Notes: generated by a model from the letters alone, not told the origin. Counted from the stretch's first letter, positions 12,501-26,332 are shown. The stretch: 64,000 nucleotides of DNA from Schmidtea polychroa (GCA_044892525.1 CM097885.1:930001-994000), one strand, 5' to 3'. Numbers and translations: made by a program.

Positions 12501-13456
12501 AAAGTCTTTATTTAAAATAGATAGTTTATTTAAATTAATAAATTTTGATATATTTTGTATTATAATATTAATTAACTCACTAGAAAATCCATTAAAAGGG
12601 ACTTCTGTGAAGTTTGTATTTTTATACTCCATAATTAATTTTTTAATGATATATTTAATTTTATTTTTAAAAAATTTCTCATATTTATAATTAATTTGAT
12701 TATCACAATAATTATTCAAATTCTTATTTATCACTATTTTTAAATTTATCATTACAAGTTAAATTATCATTATCATGAGAGTCATAAGTATAATTATTAG
12801 AAGGTCTAAAATTATTAATACTATAATCTCTATAATAATTTTGATTATGATTACCCTTTTTTAATAAGTGAATCTTTCGAGCTGGGCAAAAAGTTTTCCA
12901 AGAGGTGGCATATATATCGGGAGTTTCATTCACTTTAGCATTCTTCTCAGAATAGTATCTCTTAGGCATACGGTTCACTTCATTGTTACAGGTAAGAGAA
13001 CTTCCATTATTGATCGGCTCCTTGTGATTAATTGTATCCGTTATTTTAGTACGTGCTGTGGCAAATGTGCCATATTGCTTGAGGATCATCCTAGATGGGC
13101 AGTAAGATCTGATTTTCCTCGTTTCATATGTATCAGCAGGTGATTCGTCGGGTGGGTTCTCATCGGTTCTATATATATGTTTAGGATGCAATAAATTTAC
13201 TTTATCGATTGGTTTATCTCTGGAAGAAGAGCCTCTCCCATGTGGATCTGAGGGGCCGAAGGAGATACATGAGGTCGAATATCATCAGCTCTATTAAAAA
13301 GTTTAGATAGTAATAACAATAAGTTGTTCTTAATATTGTCTCCATTATTGGAGCTTCTTCCATCCAGGTAGGTATTATTATTCCTGGAATTCTGCTAAGC
13401 ACTGGTAAACGGCGGGATTCTCGAATATCTTGTCAAAAATTTTCATTGGTATCATA
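9522..13456 (-). mobile_element. NeSL/R5-like RLE retrotransposon (subfamily A), 3'-truncated in early RT, copy 1
   Basis: 11541-12752, 10608-11471 and 9522-10565 lie in one frame separated by single stops. Four C2H2-like fingers, an Ulp1/C48-like domain, then the RT start (TAPGTDKI..SDW...P..WKSFRT). An Ulp1-like domain before RT is typical of the NeSL clade. Confidence 0.8.
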
Positions 13457-15420
13457 TCGTTCTCGGCCAATAAGCAGGTGTAACCATTTGCGAACCGCGC
13501 CTCTAGTCATTTTATCCAATACCCCTAATTCGGTGGTATCGGTTTCCCCTAGCACAGCCTCATGTAAGATACCTGGTATCAAAAAGTCACTAAGCACCTC
13601 TAACTTTTGTTGCGGCTTAATAGGTGCCCTCGTAATATACTCAAGACGTTTAGTATAAAGATTGGATAGCTTTTTAGTAGTGCGACCAAGGGCTCCAAAT
13701 TGGATCCCAAAATACTTATAGTAGTCGTCAGCTGACATGGCAGGGAACTCTTCCCCATCAGCACTTACCTTTTCGCTAGTAACCATCCATTTTTTCTGCT
13801 TACCGTCCCCTCGCGCTATAATGGAGGCACTCTTACTTGGATTAACACTAAGGCCATTAGAAACCAATTCATTTAAAACCGTTGTTAACAGGTGTTCTAA
13901 CACCGCTTTGGTTTCACTAACTATTACTAAGTCGTCGGCATACGCCAAAATGGGATAGGTTATTCCCCTCACCTTATAGCCAATACCAGTTTCATATGCT
14001 TTCTGGATGGCGAGATCGATGACATTGTTGAACAGCGCGGGTGAAAGAGGGTCGCCCTGTTTCGCCCCCCTGTTAAACTTTGCCCCAATGCCATCGACCG
14101 TAGTTGTAGCATTGTTATAGCTCTCTTTAACATACCTTAAAAGCAATTCGGGATAACGCGCTAATTTCGCCGCTCTCATGATACTATCATGATTCACAGA
14201 ATCGAAGGCCTTTTTCGTATCGACAAAGGCAATTGCTACATTCCTAAATTTAGTTCGCGCATCAGAAAGGATGCAATCCAGCAAAGTGGTGTTTTCAAGG
14301 CACCCATCCACTGGCTTAAACCCCTTCTGTGCATTCGAACCCCAGCGACAACTACTTACTCTTGCCGCCAAGATCTTATTAAGTGTCCTAGTTAACACTG
14401 AGTTAACGGAAATAGGCCTATAGTCCCCTGGACTTTTGGGGTTTTCAACTTTTGGGATTAATGAGGTTCGTGCTGTCTTTAATACTGGGGGTAAATGTCC
14501 TAGAGCTAATATAAGATTAAACAACTTGAAGAGCGCAGCATGCGGTATAGTTCTCAAGGCCTTCGCGCTAATGCCGTCAGGACCACTAGCCGTTTTCAAT
14601 TTCATCTTTATCACAGCAGCTGCGATCTCCTCCAATGAGATGTGTGCAGCTACTGACTTATCCTCAGTTGTCCTCTGGACAGGCCGGGTATCGGGTTCAG
14701 ACTCTTTTTCGAAAACCTGTTTCCAATAGTCCCCTCTACCCGGCATTGGATCATCCTCCAACAGCAGACTATCCTGCTTACCTTCAAGGATAGTGCTAGC
14801 GGCCGCACTTCGATCCTTCTGGAATAATCTCTGCAAATCCCCATAAATAGCTCTCTTCCTAGCTACCTTTATGTGCTTTTTAACCTTTGTACCATCCACG
14901 GGGACCTGGTACGTTTGGTTAAACTTGTTTTTCCTCTTTTTGAGTTTTACTTGAAACTGCTTAGTTACTGATAAGCAATATTCATCAAGCAAAACTCGTT
15001 GAGAATTTTCATCTTCAGTAAGGATGATCCTATCCAGTTGGTCCTCATGCCAAATGCTATGACCCTTGCTTCGAGGGAATTTCCTTAAAATAGTCATGAT
15101 GTCTGGAGATGGACTCCGGGCTTGTGGGTTCTCCATCGCCTCCTCCATGCCCATCCCCTTCATCTTGTCTTCTAACTCTTTAAACACTGCTTTATATTTA
15201 TTACTATCTAAGTGTTTGCGAATGGATTCCTTTGAACGTTTGAAGGCTGAACATCCAAGGTGAAGTATATCAAGAAGGTGAGATTGAGGTCTATAACGAT
15301 TTTCAAGGTGAAGTTGAGCCATGAGGAGCTCTTCTTCATTACTCCAGTAATAAGCAGGTTTATTGGAAAGTTTCCTCAAGATGGCCTCATCACGTAAGGT
15401 GCGATGGGATTTAGATATTT
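13433..15420 (-). pseudogene. R2 ORF fragment (Myb + complete RT), truncated at both ends
   Basis: ASGPDGI, LIPK, DYRPISV, QKGF, DTKKAFDSV, GAKQGDPLSPALFN, AYADDL, YKYFG. Ends after RKWLHL through a deletion. Confidence 0.93.
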
Positions 15421-16273
15421 TACTTGAAACTGCTTAGTTACTGATAAGCAATATTCATCAAGCAAAACTCGTTGAGAATTTTCATCTTCAGTAAGGATGA
15501 TCCTATCCAGTTGGTCCTCATGCCAAATGCTATGACCCTTGCTTCGAGGGAATTTCCTTAAAATAGTCATGATGTCTGGAGATGGACTCGGGGCTTGTGG
15601 GTTCTCCATCGCCTGCTAACTCTTTAAACACTGCTTTATATCAGAACGTGTTCATTTCGGTTATCATGTCATCAGGAGTAATGATTTTTGGAGAGGCAGT
15701 GATGATCGGATTATCATTGTTGTCGAGGTCGGTATTGGAATTGAAGTTGATGAATTAGCATGGATATTTGATCTAGATGCTCAGTCGTAAGGGGTTCGGA
15801 TAGGTCTTGATAGTTTGAGTTGATGGAGTTTATGAGTTCCGATATGGAAGTTGGATGGTCTTCATTAAGTTGATCATTTTCTTGGTTATTTTGGTGGATA
15901 AGTCTGGGTATTTGATTCAGATCTTCAGTAGCAAGGCGTTCGGAGAGGTCTGGATTTTGGTTAGTAGGATCATCAGGAGGCTTTTATAGCTAGTCTCTGA
16001 GTATTGGAGGTCAGCCATTTGCAGGGAGGGCATGATCTAAATAAATAAGTTTCGGGGCAGGAAGGCTCCCATGCAAAGTTTATAGCGAGAAATAAGTACT
16101 TATTATAATATATATTATAAGGAGTTAGTGAAGGTTGAGGTAAGTATATTAGTATTAATAGTTAATAGAGGTGTTGATTATAGTATCAATAGTATAATAA
16201 TAATGATTATAGTATTAATAAAAACAACTAAAAAGACCACCAAATAGGCAGAACCCCTACAAGGATTCCTACA

Positions 16274-19200
16274 TTAACCCATTCGGGTACGAAAGGATTT
16301 CCAGCATATTGGTGATCTGGAATTACGAAGGATGTTGTTACATAAGGCAAGGATGAGCTCAAAGTTAGGAGATATCTTTCTCCAATCGCTTAGGGAGATT
16401 TTATCGGTACCAGGGGCAGTATTGTCGAGTTGGCAGAAGATACTTTTAATGTCATCAATGTCAAAGGGAATGATGGTTAATGATTCAGAGAGTGCTGGGT
16501 ACTGATAGTTAAGGTTAAATGTGCAATCGGAGGTTTTGCTAGCAAAAAGTTTTAAAATATGATCCATATTTGGTGTATGTGTTTTCATTTGATTATTTAA
16601 GATTTTTGAAATTTCCTCTTTAGGAGCAAATTTATATTTTTGTCTCTTGGTAAATACCAGCTCTTTACTAACCTTATAATTTTTGTGAATAATGTCCGAT
16701 GCTTTCTTTGTGATGTATTTATGAGGATTAATGCTTCCATTAATTCTCTCAATCTCACTTAAGGCAGCATCGCATTCAATTAGATTGTTATTTAGATTAA
16801 TAATTAGACAATTGATAAATGGTCGGAATTTCCGCACATCATCATTTGGCAATTTGCAATAATTATAATTATTTATAGTAGTTTTAATATCATTAATCAT
16901 ATTAGTTACATTAGGGCAAGTTAATTTTTTACGTTTAATAAGGCATTCGATAAAGTGGCATATATAGAAAGCAGAGTCTGTAGGTACGAAGCAACGAGGG
17001 TATGCAGGATTTTGAAGTACAATTTGGACAGGGCTTACAATATTTTGGAGATCAAGAATGGTTTCGAGGATATTCTGAGCTAATAAGAGGTGAGTAGAGA
17101 GGCTATCGTCAAGAAGCGGGTCAATGAGTACAGCAAGTTTACGATGTTTGTCAAGTAGAAAGAAGAACCAGTTGTCTTTACCATCAGACATGGGCATGAT
17201 AATCTCATTCCAGTGAGCAAATTCAGAGAAAGGAAAGGTGGCAAAGAAGGTTACATAGTTATGCTGAATAAGTGCATTTCCTATGAATGGGTCTACAAAA
17301 ATAGAAGAGTTTTTCAAGGCATTTGAAAAGATATATGCCTTGATTGCATGTTGTGACCATCATGTCGACTCCTTCTCAACATTATTACCGAAGATAAGGG
17401 TATCAGGAAGGGGACGTTTGACAATTTCGCTTTCAGAGAAAATAGCCTCAAATTCTTGCGACTCAAGAATTGGGCGCAAGTTGTTCACATTTTCAAGGGG
17501 GCTATCCTGTATCTGGGAGATCACAAGCGGAGTGGGGATATTGCCTGGATACACATAAGGTTCTGGGTGATATTCGAGGATATGTTGTCGAATAAGGTGA
17601 TTGGAGATCCATGATCCACAGAAGCAGTATATTTCCTCGTCAGGGTAAAAGATAAGTTTTTTATGTTTGACCTTTATGTGGTTAATAATGGTCATAAGGG
17701 GGGTGTCGATGTCAAAGATGGTTTTACATTTATTGCGATTTTTACTATAGTTGAAGCATATGAGGTTATTGGAGGGTGAAATCCGGATTTCAGCGCGGCT
17801 CATATATTCCAGGTCGCATTGGTCTATGTGTTGAAAGTGGGTGATGTGATTATAAATTTGTTTGAAAGTTATTGGATTTGGCGCAAATTTATTCTCACCA
17901 GGAGTTCTACATTGAATGCAATCGATAAGAGTATTTTCGTCAATTTTTAATCTATGAAAGTCCCACGCGTGCTTAAAGATTTTTTTGCGATTATGGACAG
18001 AAACAGGACTGCAAAGTGTTGTCCTGCATTTGGACCTGCATTCGATTTTGCCCCTACCATTAAGTTTGAGAAGTATTTTGTTATCAAGTTCACTCTCATC
18101 TGCTGTTTTTGGGACGAAGGTATTGTGTGTGTGTTTGGCCAATGTTATGGGTGTGAGGTATTTAGGAGATGGGGCAGGGATATTATTTGCAATCACTTGT
18201 ATTTTTTTATTAAATACTTCCATTTGTGATTGTATTCTTAATGCCTCTTGGATTTCGTTGCATTCAGATTCAGAAGGAGTAGGTGCGGTGACTTAAGGTG
18301 TACTGCTAAGCTCAGTAGCGTTGGTAGTTTTAGATTGGATAAATTCAGGCGTATTATGAAGACAGGCAGTTGTCATAGGGTTGTCAGTGTTGTTGTTGGA
18401 AGAGGAAGAGGCTGTGGGCTGGAGAGGTGGTTCTTGGTCGATAGAGGCTACACTGCTGCTCGATAGATTCACATCATCTATGTCCGAGTTAAAAAGATCA
18501 TTATTTGCCTGGGGATTTACAAGAGATTGAGATGGGTTTTGAGGAGTTTGAGAATTATACTCATCTATTGGAAGGGGGTCAATGGTGTCATCAAAGTCAC
18601 AGCTGTAGTGTGAAGTGTCAAGAATGTATTCAGAGCAAGAGGAGGACGAGGGGTTAGGAGAGAGATCAGAGTCATTGTCAATAGTATCATTTAATGGAGA
18701 GCGTTTAACATGGGGAAGGGCAATGAGGGAATCATCAGTATTGTTCTCATAATTATTAATTTTATTTTTATTTTTATAAATAGAGTAGAGGGTTGTGTAT
18801 TTACCCTTACGTATGATTTTTTTAACAAAACAAGATTTTATTACTTTACTATTGTTATCGTTAAAAATTGGAGGAAGGTTTTTAAGATCCTTGGGCTTAT
18901 GGATGAAATCATTCCGGATAGGCTCAGAATAATGACGTTTCAAGGAAGTTCCAAGGTTTTTATTAGAAAGAGTTTGAGGTATAGTGTAAGTATTTCGATT
19001 GTCAGGTACATAATTAGCCATATTCACAGGAGAAAGAAAGGTATCAGTTGTTTGTGAGTTTGGAGTTTGATTATAAACTAAGTTGTTTAAGGTAGGTTCA
19101 GAACTAACGAGCTTTTCGCTGAAGGTGACAGTCTTTGAAGAGGCGAGTCGGCCGCAGGCCGGCGAGCTGCGTGTTTTCTTATGTTCCGAAGGAACACGAG

Positions 19201-20208
19201 AAAAATTTTTTTGAGAAAGAGTGTGGTTAAATAAGTGATATTTAAACAAAGAAAAGTCTTTATTTAAAATAGATAGTTTATTTAAATTAATAAATTTTGA
19301 TATATTTTGTATTATAATATTAATTAACTCACTAGAAAATCCATTAAAAGGGACTTCTGTGAAGTTTGTATTTTTATACTCCATAATTAATTTTTTAATG
19401 ATATATTTAATTTTATTTTTAAAAAATTTCTCATATTTATAATTAATTTGATTATCACAATAATTATTCAAATTCTTATTTATCACTATTTTTAAATTTA
19501 TCATTACAAGTTAAATTATCATTATCATGAGAGTCATAAGTATAATTATTAGAAGGTCTAAAATTATTAATACTATAATCTCTATAATAATTTTGATTAT
19601 GATTACCCTTTTTTAATAAGTGAATCTTTCGAGCTGGGCAAAAAGTTTTCCAAGAGGTGGCATATATATCGGGAGTTTCATTCACTTTAGCATTCTTCTC
19701 AGAATAGTATCTCTTAGGCATACGGTTCACTTCATTGTTACAGGTAAGAGAACTTCCATTATTGATCGGCTCCTTGTGATTAATTGTATCCGTTATTTTA
19801 GTACGTGCTGTGGCAAATGTGCCATATTGCTTGAGGATCATCCTAGATGGGCAGTAAGATCTGATTTTCCTCGTTTCATATGTATCAGCAGGTGATTCGT
19901 CGGGTGGGTTCTCATCGGTTCTATATATATGTTTAGGATGCAATAAATTTACTTTATCGATTGGTTTATCTCTGGAAGAAGAGCCTCTCCCATGTGGATC
20001 TGAGGGGCCGAAGGAGATACATGAGGTCGAATATCATCAGCTCTATTAAAAAGTTTAGATAGTAATAACAATAAGTTGTTCTTAATATTGTCTCCATTAT
20101 TGGAGCTTCTTCCATCCAGGTAGGTATTATTATTCCTGGAATTCTGCTAAGCACTGGTAAACGGCGGGATTCTCGAATATCTTGTCAAAAATTTTCATTG
20201 GTATCATA
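16274..20208 (-). mobile_element. NeSL/R5-like retrotransposon (subfamily A), copy 2
   Basis: Duplicate of 9522-13456 at +6752. Confidence 0.8.
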
Positions 20209-22290
20209 TCGTTCTCGGCCAATAAGCAGGTGTAACCATTTGCGAACCGCGCCTCTAGTCATTTTATCCAATACCCCTAATTCGGTGGTATCGGTTTCCC
20301 CTAGCACAGCCTCATGTAAGATACCTGGTATCAAAAAGTCACTAAGCACCTCTAACTTTTGTTGCGGCTTAATAGGTGCCCTCGTAATATACTCAAGACG
20401 TTTAGTATAAAGATTGGATAGCTTTTTAGTAGTGCGACCAAGGGCTCCAAATTGGATCCCAAAATACTTATAGTAGTCGTCAGCTGACATGGCAGGGAAC
20501 TCTTCCCCATCAGCACTTACCTTTTCGCTAGTAACCATCCATTTTTTCTGCTTACCGTCCCCTCGCGCTATAATGGAGGCACTCTTACTTGGATTAACAC
20601 TAAGGCCATTAGAAACCAATTCATTTAAAACCGTTGTTAACAGGTGTTCTAACACCGCTTTGGTTTCACTAACTATTACTAAGTCGTCGGCATACGCCAA
20701 AATGGGATAGGTTATTCCCCCCACCTTATAGCCAATACCAGTTTCATATGCTTTCTGGATGGCGAGATCGATGACATTGTTGAACAGCGCGGGTGAAAGA
20801 GGGTCGCCCTGTTTCGCCCCCCTGTTAAACTTTGCCCCAATGCCATCGACCGTAGTTGTAGCATTGTTATAGCTCTCTTTAACATACCTTAAAAGCAATT
20901 CGGGATAACCCGCTAATTTCGCCGCTCTCATGATACTATCATGATTCACAGAATCGAAGGCCTTTTTCGTATCGACAAAGGCAATTGCTACATTCCTAAA
21001 TTTAGTTCGCGCATCAGAAAGGATGCAATCCAGCAAAGTGGTGTTTTCAAGGCACCCATCCACTGGCTTAAACCCCTTCTGTGCATTCGAACCCCAGCGA
21101 CAACTACTTACTCTTGCCGCCAAGATCTTATTAAGTGTCCTAGTTAACACTGAGTTAACGGAAATAGGCCTATAGTCCCCTGGACTTTTGGGGTTTTCAA
21201 CTTTTGGGATTAATGAGGTTCGTGCTGTCTTTAATACTGGGGGTAAATGTCCTAGAGCTAATATAAGATTAAACAACTTGAAGAGCGCAGCATGCGGTAT
21301 AGTTCTCAAGGCCTTCGCGCTAATGCCGTCAGGACCACTAGCCGTTTTCAATTTCATCTTTATCACAGCAGCTGCGATCTCCTCCAATGAGATGTGTGCA
21401 GCTACTGACTTATCCTCAGTTGTCCTCTGGACAGGCCGGGTATCGGGTTCAGACTCTTTTTCGAAAACCTGTTTCCAATAGTCCCCTCTACCCGGCATTG
21501 GATCATCCTCCAACAGCAGACTATCCTGCTTACCTTCAAGGATAGTGCTAGCGGCCGCACTTCGATCCTTCTGGAATAATCTCTGCAAATCCCCATAAAT
21601 AGCTCTCTTCCTAGCTACCTTTATGTGCTTTTTAACCTTTGTACCATCCACGGGGACCTGGTACGTTTGGTTAAACTTGTTTTTCCTCTTTTTGAGTTTT
21701 ACTTGAAACTGCTTAGTTACTGATAAGCAATATTCATCAAGCAAAACTCGTTGAGAATTTTCATCTTCAGTAAGGATGATCCTATCCAGTTGGTCCTCAT
21801 GCCAAATGCTATGACCCTTGCTTCGAGGGAATTTCCTTAAAATAGTCATGATGTCTGGAGATGGACTCCGGGCTTGTGGGTTCTCCATCGCCTCCTCCAT
21901 GCCCATCCCCTTCATCTTGTCTTCTAACTCTTTAAACACTGCTTTATATTTATTACTATCTAAGTGTTTGCGAATGGATTCCTTTGAACGTTTGAAGGCT
22001 GAACATCCAAGGTGAAGTATATCAAGAAGGTGAGATTGAGGTCTATAACGATTTTCAAGGTGAAGTTGAGCCATGAGGAGCTCTTCTTCATTACTCCAGT
22101 AATAAGCAGGTTTATTGGAAAGTTTCCTCAAGATGGCCTCATCACGTAAGGTGCGATGGGATTTAGATATATGGACTCCACGTCCCCTCAGCGTTAGGAA
22201 AGGCAAAAATCAATACTCACAGACAAACGACTGTTCCACATCCCTCTCCAGTTTTGTAGCGTTGTTATTTTTATTTGTACTCATTTTCAT
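20185..22290 (-). pseudogene. R2 ORF, N-terminus to RT (single C2H2 finger + Myb + RT), 3'-truncated
   Basis: In-frame ATG at 22290 (MKMSTNKNN...SFVCEY*FLPFLTLRGRGVHISKSH). The TGA at 22210-22212 is TGC (Cys) in the 42.9-kb copy, restoring CxxC-x12-H-x4-H. Full RT motifs follow. Confidence 0.93.
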
Positions 22291-22599
22291 TTTACTGGTT
22301 GTTGTGGGAGTTCTTTCGTCTTAGATATCCTCCCACATGATACCTAACTGACCATAAGAGGCCTCACCAAAGGAAGTGGTGGGGGGAAGAGAAAAGGGTC
22401 CCTATGAAAAAATTCTAAACAAAAATGCCCTCATCACAAACAGTGATGAGGGCTAATACTTCAATTGTTAATATTTATAAAACTTTATTCAAAAGTATAG
22501 TTTGAAAAGCTAATCAAATAATAAAACTTTAATTAAATTAAAAACAAGAGAAAAGAAAATGTTAAAAAAAACTTTAAAAAAAAAAATGAACATCAAAAC

Positions 22600-22710
22600 T
22601 TAAAATAAAATAAAATAAAATAACATAGAATAAAATAGAATAAAACAAAATAAAATAAAATAAAATAGAATAAAATAAAATAAAATAGAATAAAATAAAA
22701 TAAAATAACA
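22600..22710. repeat. (TAAAA/TAGAA)n microsatellite
   Basis: Directly visible. Confidence 0.9.
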
Positions 22711-24139
22711 TATAAAGTTACCTCCCTCAATTAAGTTAAATCCCTAATACTATTAAAAATTCATAAAAAGAAAATATAAAAAATATCAAAAGAAAAACAA
22801 ATATAAAATAAGATTAAAAAATAGAATAAAGTAAAATTCTTAGAAGTCATACCTCCCTCAACTAAAAAAAAAGATTCCCTAATTATATGGTACCTGAATA
22901 AAATTGGTAGGTTAACCACTTTGGCAGACTGATATTAAAAATAATAACTTGTCATAGATACTCAGCCTTTTACCAAAGTATATGGGAATTACTTCTTTAA
23001 AGCACCCCGTCAGCTCATCCAATTTTTAAAGAATATGAATAATATGAATTATTAAAATTAAAATTATAAAGTTATAAAACAACATAAAAAAAATGAAAAA
23101 AAAAGGTCGTAATGGTGGCCCTTACGTGTGCCTAGAATGTTGATCAGATATTCTAGGACTTACTACCCTTAGTGAATCATCTAACAGTTGCGATCTGTCT
23201 TGATAATTCACCAGGATACCCAACTTTCAAATCGGCGTGGGAAACCATCTGCAATGCTCCACCATTTGGCCAATACAGATATCGACGTTTCGTTCATTGA
23301 CCGGCTGTCGACCTTACCTCCTCCCTTTGGACCACAAAAAAGGCTTTTCAGTTCTGAAATCAAAACTTTCTGGTCATTTTTTGTTGGTTGGTCCGGGCCG
23401 CACCCTCCTCCGAGCACTTGTCATTACCTGACCAATGGGCATCCAATTTCGGGAGGTTTGGATGCAACACCTAGTCCCCTTTGTCTTAAGACATCAGGCC
23501 GCCCCCATCTCTGGGCACTTGTCGTAACCTGACCAATGGGCAACATTAAGGCTGTTGACTTTTCCCTTCTAGTCCACAATAAAGGCTTTCCAGTTCTAAA
23601 ATCAAAACTTTCCAGTCACTTTTTGCTTGGTTGTCCTAGGCCGCACTCTTTTAAGAGCACAATTGTCGTTACCCGACCAGCGGTGGACCGTTTTCGGTGC
23701 CCGTAAACAGTTAGAGGGCGTATATCCCCTTTACCAATCACCCAAGGGCAGTTGGTTGTACTTCTTAATTGAAGTCACGTCTTTTCAGACTTAAGTATCA
23801 AAGCCGCTTTGCAGCCAATAGTTCGTAGCAACCATTGTAAGTGTATCCAGCGGGTGAATCCCCCGCAGATCTTCTTACGTCCTATTTAGTTTCTTCCCCA
23901 CGGTAGCGACCCGTCGTTCCAATACTAAGGACTACATACATTCCATGACATAATTTCCACCTCAAAACTCAGGGAAAGATCTCTTAAGCAGGACTTTAAC
24001 CTCGCGAACGATCCTGACCAAGAGTTTCGAACTTAACTTCTGAAGATACCTGTTTAAAGCCCGAAAACGCCCGAACGGTTTGCCTCAGTAAGTCTGTTTC
24101 CATTACTCATGAACCTGCACGTTTATTTGGAGTATGATA

Positions 24140-25585
24140 TTTGAATCTTTTAATACAAAGCAGTTCATTTTTAGTCCTGGTATTTTTATGGACAATGTCT
24201 GCTAGTTTTTTAATTTTCTTTTTTTTCCATTTCATTAAGGGCTGTTTCACGGTCCATATTGTCGTTATTTAAATTAGTTATTAAACCTTTAATAAGTGGG
24301 AGGTATTTTTTAATATTATCGTCAGGTATTTTGTAGGTAAAATAGTTTTCCTCAACAGTTCTGATATTTTTTTGCATAATAGTAATTTTAGGAATGATTA
24401 GTTTAGTATTCTTTATCAGGCATTGGATGAGGTGGCACACAAAAAAGGCAACTGGGATATTCATATTTTGTGAGTGTAATTGCGAGTGGTGAAACGATTT
24501 TTTGCAGATCAAGAATGGTATTCAGTATGCTATTAGCGAAAGATAAGTGTATGGAGTGGCTATCGTCAAGTAAAGGATCTATTATAACAGCTAATTGTCT
24601 CTGCTTATCAAGATAAAAGAAAAACCAGTTGTCTTTGCCATTTGACATTGGCATAATAATTTCGTTCCACTCTGCGAAGTCTTTGAAGGGGAAGGAGGAG
24701 AAGAAGGTTTTGTAATTATGCATGATTAGATCAACATAAGGGTCAACAAAGATGGTAGATTTTTTCATGGCGAAAGAGTAAACGAATGCCTTTATTGTGT
24801 CCTGGGACCATCAAGCTGATTCCTTATCCACGTTATTTGTGAAAAAGCAATCATTTGGTATTTCTCTACTATAGTTAAAATCAAAACCATTTAGACATTC
24901 TTCATCTGATGAAGTTTGTTTCCCTTCCTTTGTGTTTCAAGGTTATCTGCAATCACCTCCTGGGTGTTTAATACATTATTCATAATATTATAGTCATAAT
25001 AATATTGTTAGTATTTGGTGGTATTGGGTGGCGTTGAGCTATATGATTGATAATGCCATCTACTGGGACCCAGCTCCTACATGCACAGTATATATCGGCA
25101 TTTTTATCAATAATTCCATTTCTATGTTTTTTTGACATGTGCTCCCATACATATGCCAATGGAGTGTCCCAATTCCACGTCGTAAAGCATTTTTTGTAGT
25201 TCTTATTGTGGCTATTACATGTGAGGTGATTATTTTTGTCGATTTTAATAAATATCATTTTGAGGGTATCTTTATCATTTTGTATTTCATGCACATATTG
25301 TTCGACATGTCTGTAAATGTTTTTGTGCGTAACCGGATATATTACATAGCGTTCGTTGGCCTTTGCATTGGCCGCAGTCAATGATGGAGTGTTCTGTGAT
25401 AATGATGTTGTGCGTACTGATCCAATTTTTCCCTATTGTAAATGGAAATCGCTCCAAAAAAAGGTGTGCGTAAGTGGTGTCTGCATCTACATTTCGCTCT
25501 GGAGTTGAAGTAGTAGAGGTTAGGATCTTGCCTGTATTGACTGCATTGCCAATACCAATGGGTTCAAATCCCATTTCGGTCAATT
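24140..25585 (-). pseudogene. NeSL/R5-like fragment (subfamily B), second copy
   Basis: ORFs 25287-25583, 24980-25381, 24403-24768 and 24210-24512. Zinc fingers + Ulp1-like domain. Near-identical to 4640-5786. Confidence 0.75.
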
Positions 25586-26332
25586 TTTTTTCAAATTTTT
25601 TTTCAACAAAATATTGATCAGCATACTCGATTTAGTACTTTTACAAATTTTTAAGGTGATTGGTCAACGGCAACTCTTGGAAATTTAAGATCAAAAACGT
25701 TTTAACTTAAGCTACCAATGTACATTAGATAATTTAATTAAATTTACATTACACATTTAACAAATTTGCTAATAACTTTTACAATATTAATTGTTACAAA
25801 GTAATTTATATATCAATAAATAGATAATTAAATTTACAATATAAATTATATCAAATTTGTTAATTAGTGTCAGATTTGAAAATTTACTATGTTGGTTTGA
25901 AATATTTTACCACCAAGTTAACATTTTGACCAACAAATTTTTAGATTTTTAATATTATTTAAATATTGAAGTACCACAAAATAGAGAAAAAAATTTAGAA
26001 TTAGAATCATCTTTGAAAATAAAAATACTATCAAAACTTAATTTTTTATTGGAAATTTTCGAAATCACGTTGCCGAAATTTTACCACCGCGGCGAAGTTT
26101 TCATTAATAACTTTTTAAATAATAATTATTATAAAAATATTTTAGCACCGCTGGAAAGATAATAAAATTTAGATTATAAATCATATCGGAACTTTAAAAT
26201 ACTAGCAAAATTAAAATTATTCTTGGCAAATATTGCAATCCCAATACCATGTGTTGTGTAACTAATTAATTAATTACAAAATTAAACTTTTCAAATTTAA
26301 AATTTTGCCAAAAAGTCATAGTAACTCTAACG

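Larger units (their letters stand above)
7773..22170. repeat. Near-identical tandem segmental duplication, period 6752 bp (~2.1 units)
   Basis: ORF pairs offset by exactly 6752: 9522/16274, 10608/17360, 11541/18293, 12724/19476, 13433/20185, 8624/15376. Confidence 0.97.

Noticed and set aside
13446..15263. Plus-strand ORFs overlapping R2, R5-like and hAT ORFs
   Set aside because: Antisense shadows of the real minus-strand coding frames.
26311..26327. AAAAGTCATAGTAACTC resembling antisense of 28S GAGTAACTATGACTCT
   Set aside because: Short, AT-rich and mismatched; could easily be chance or a MITE-end motif.
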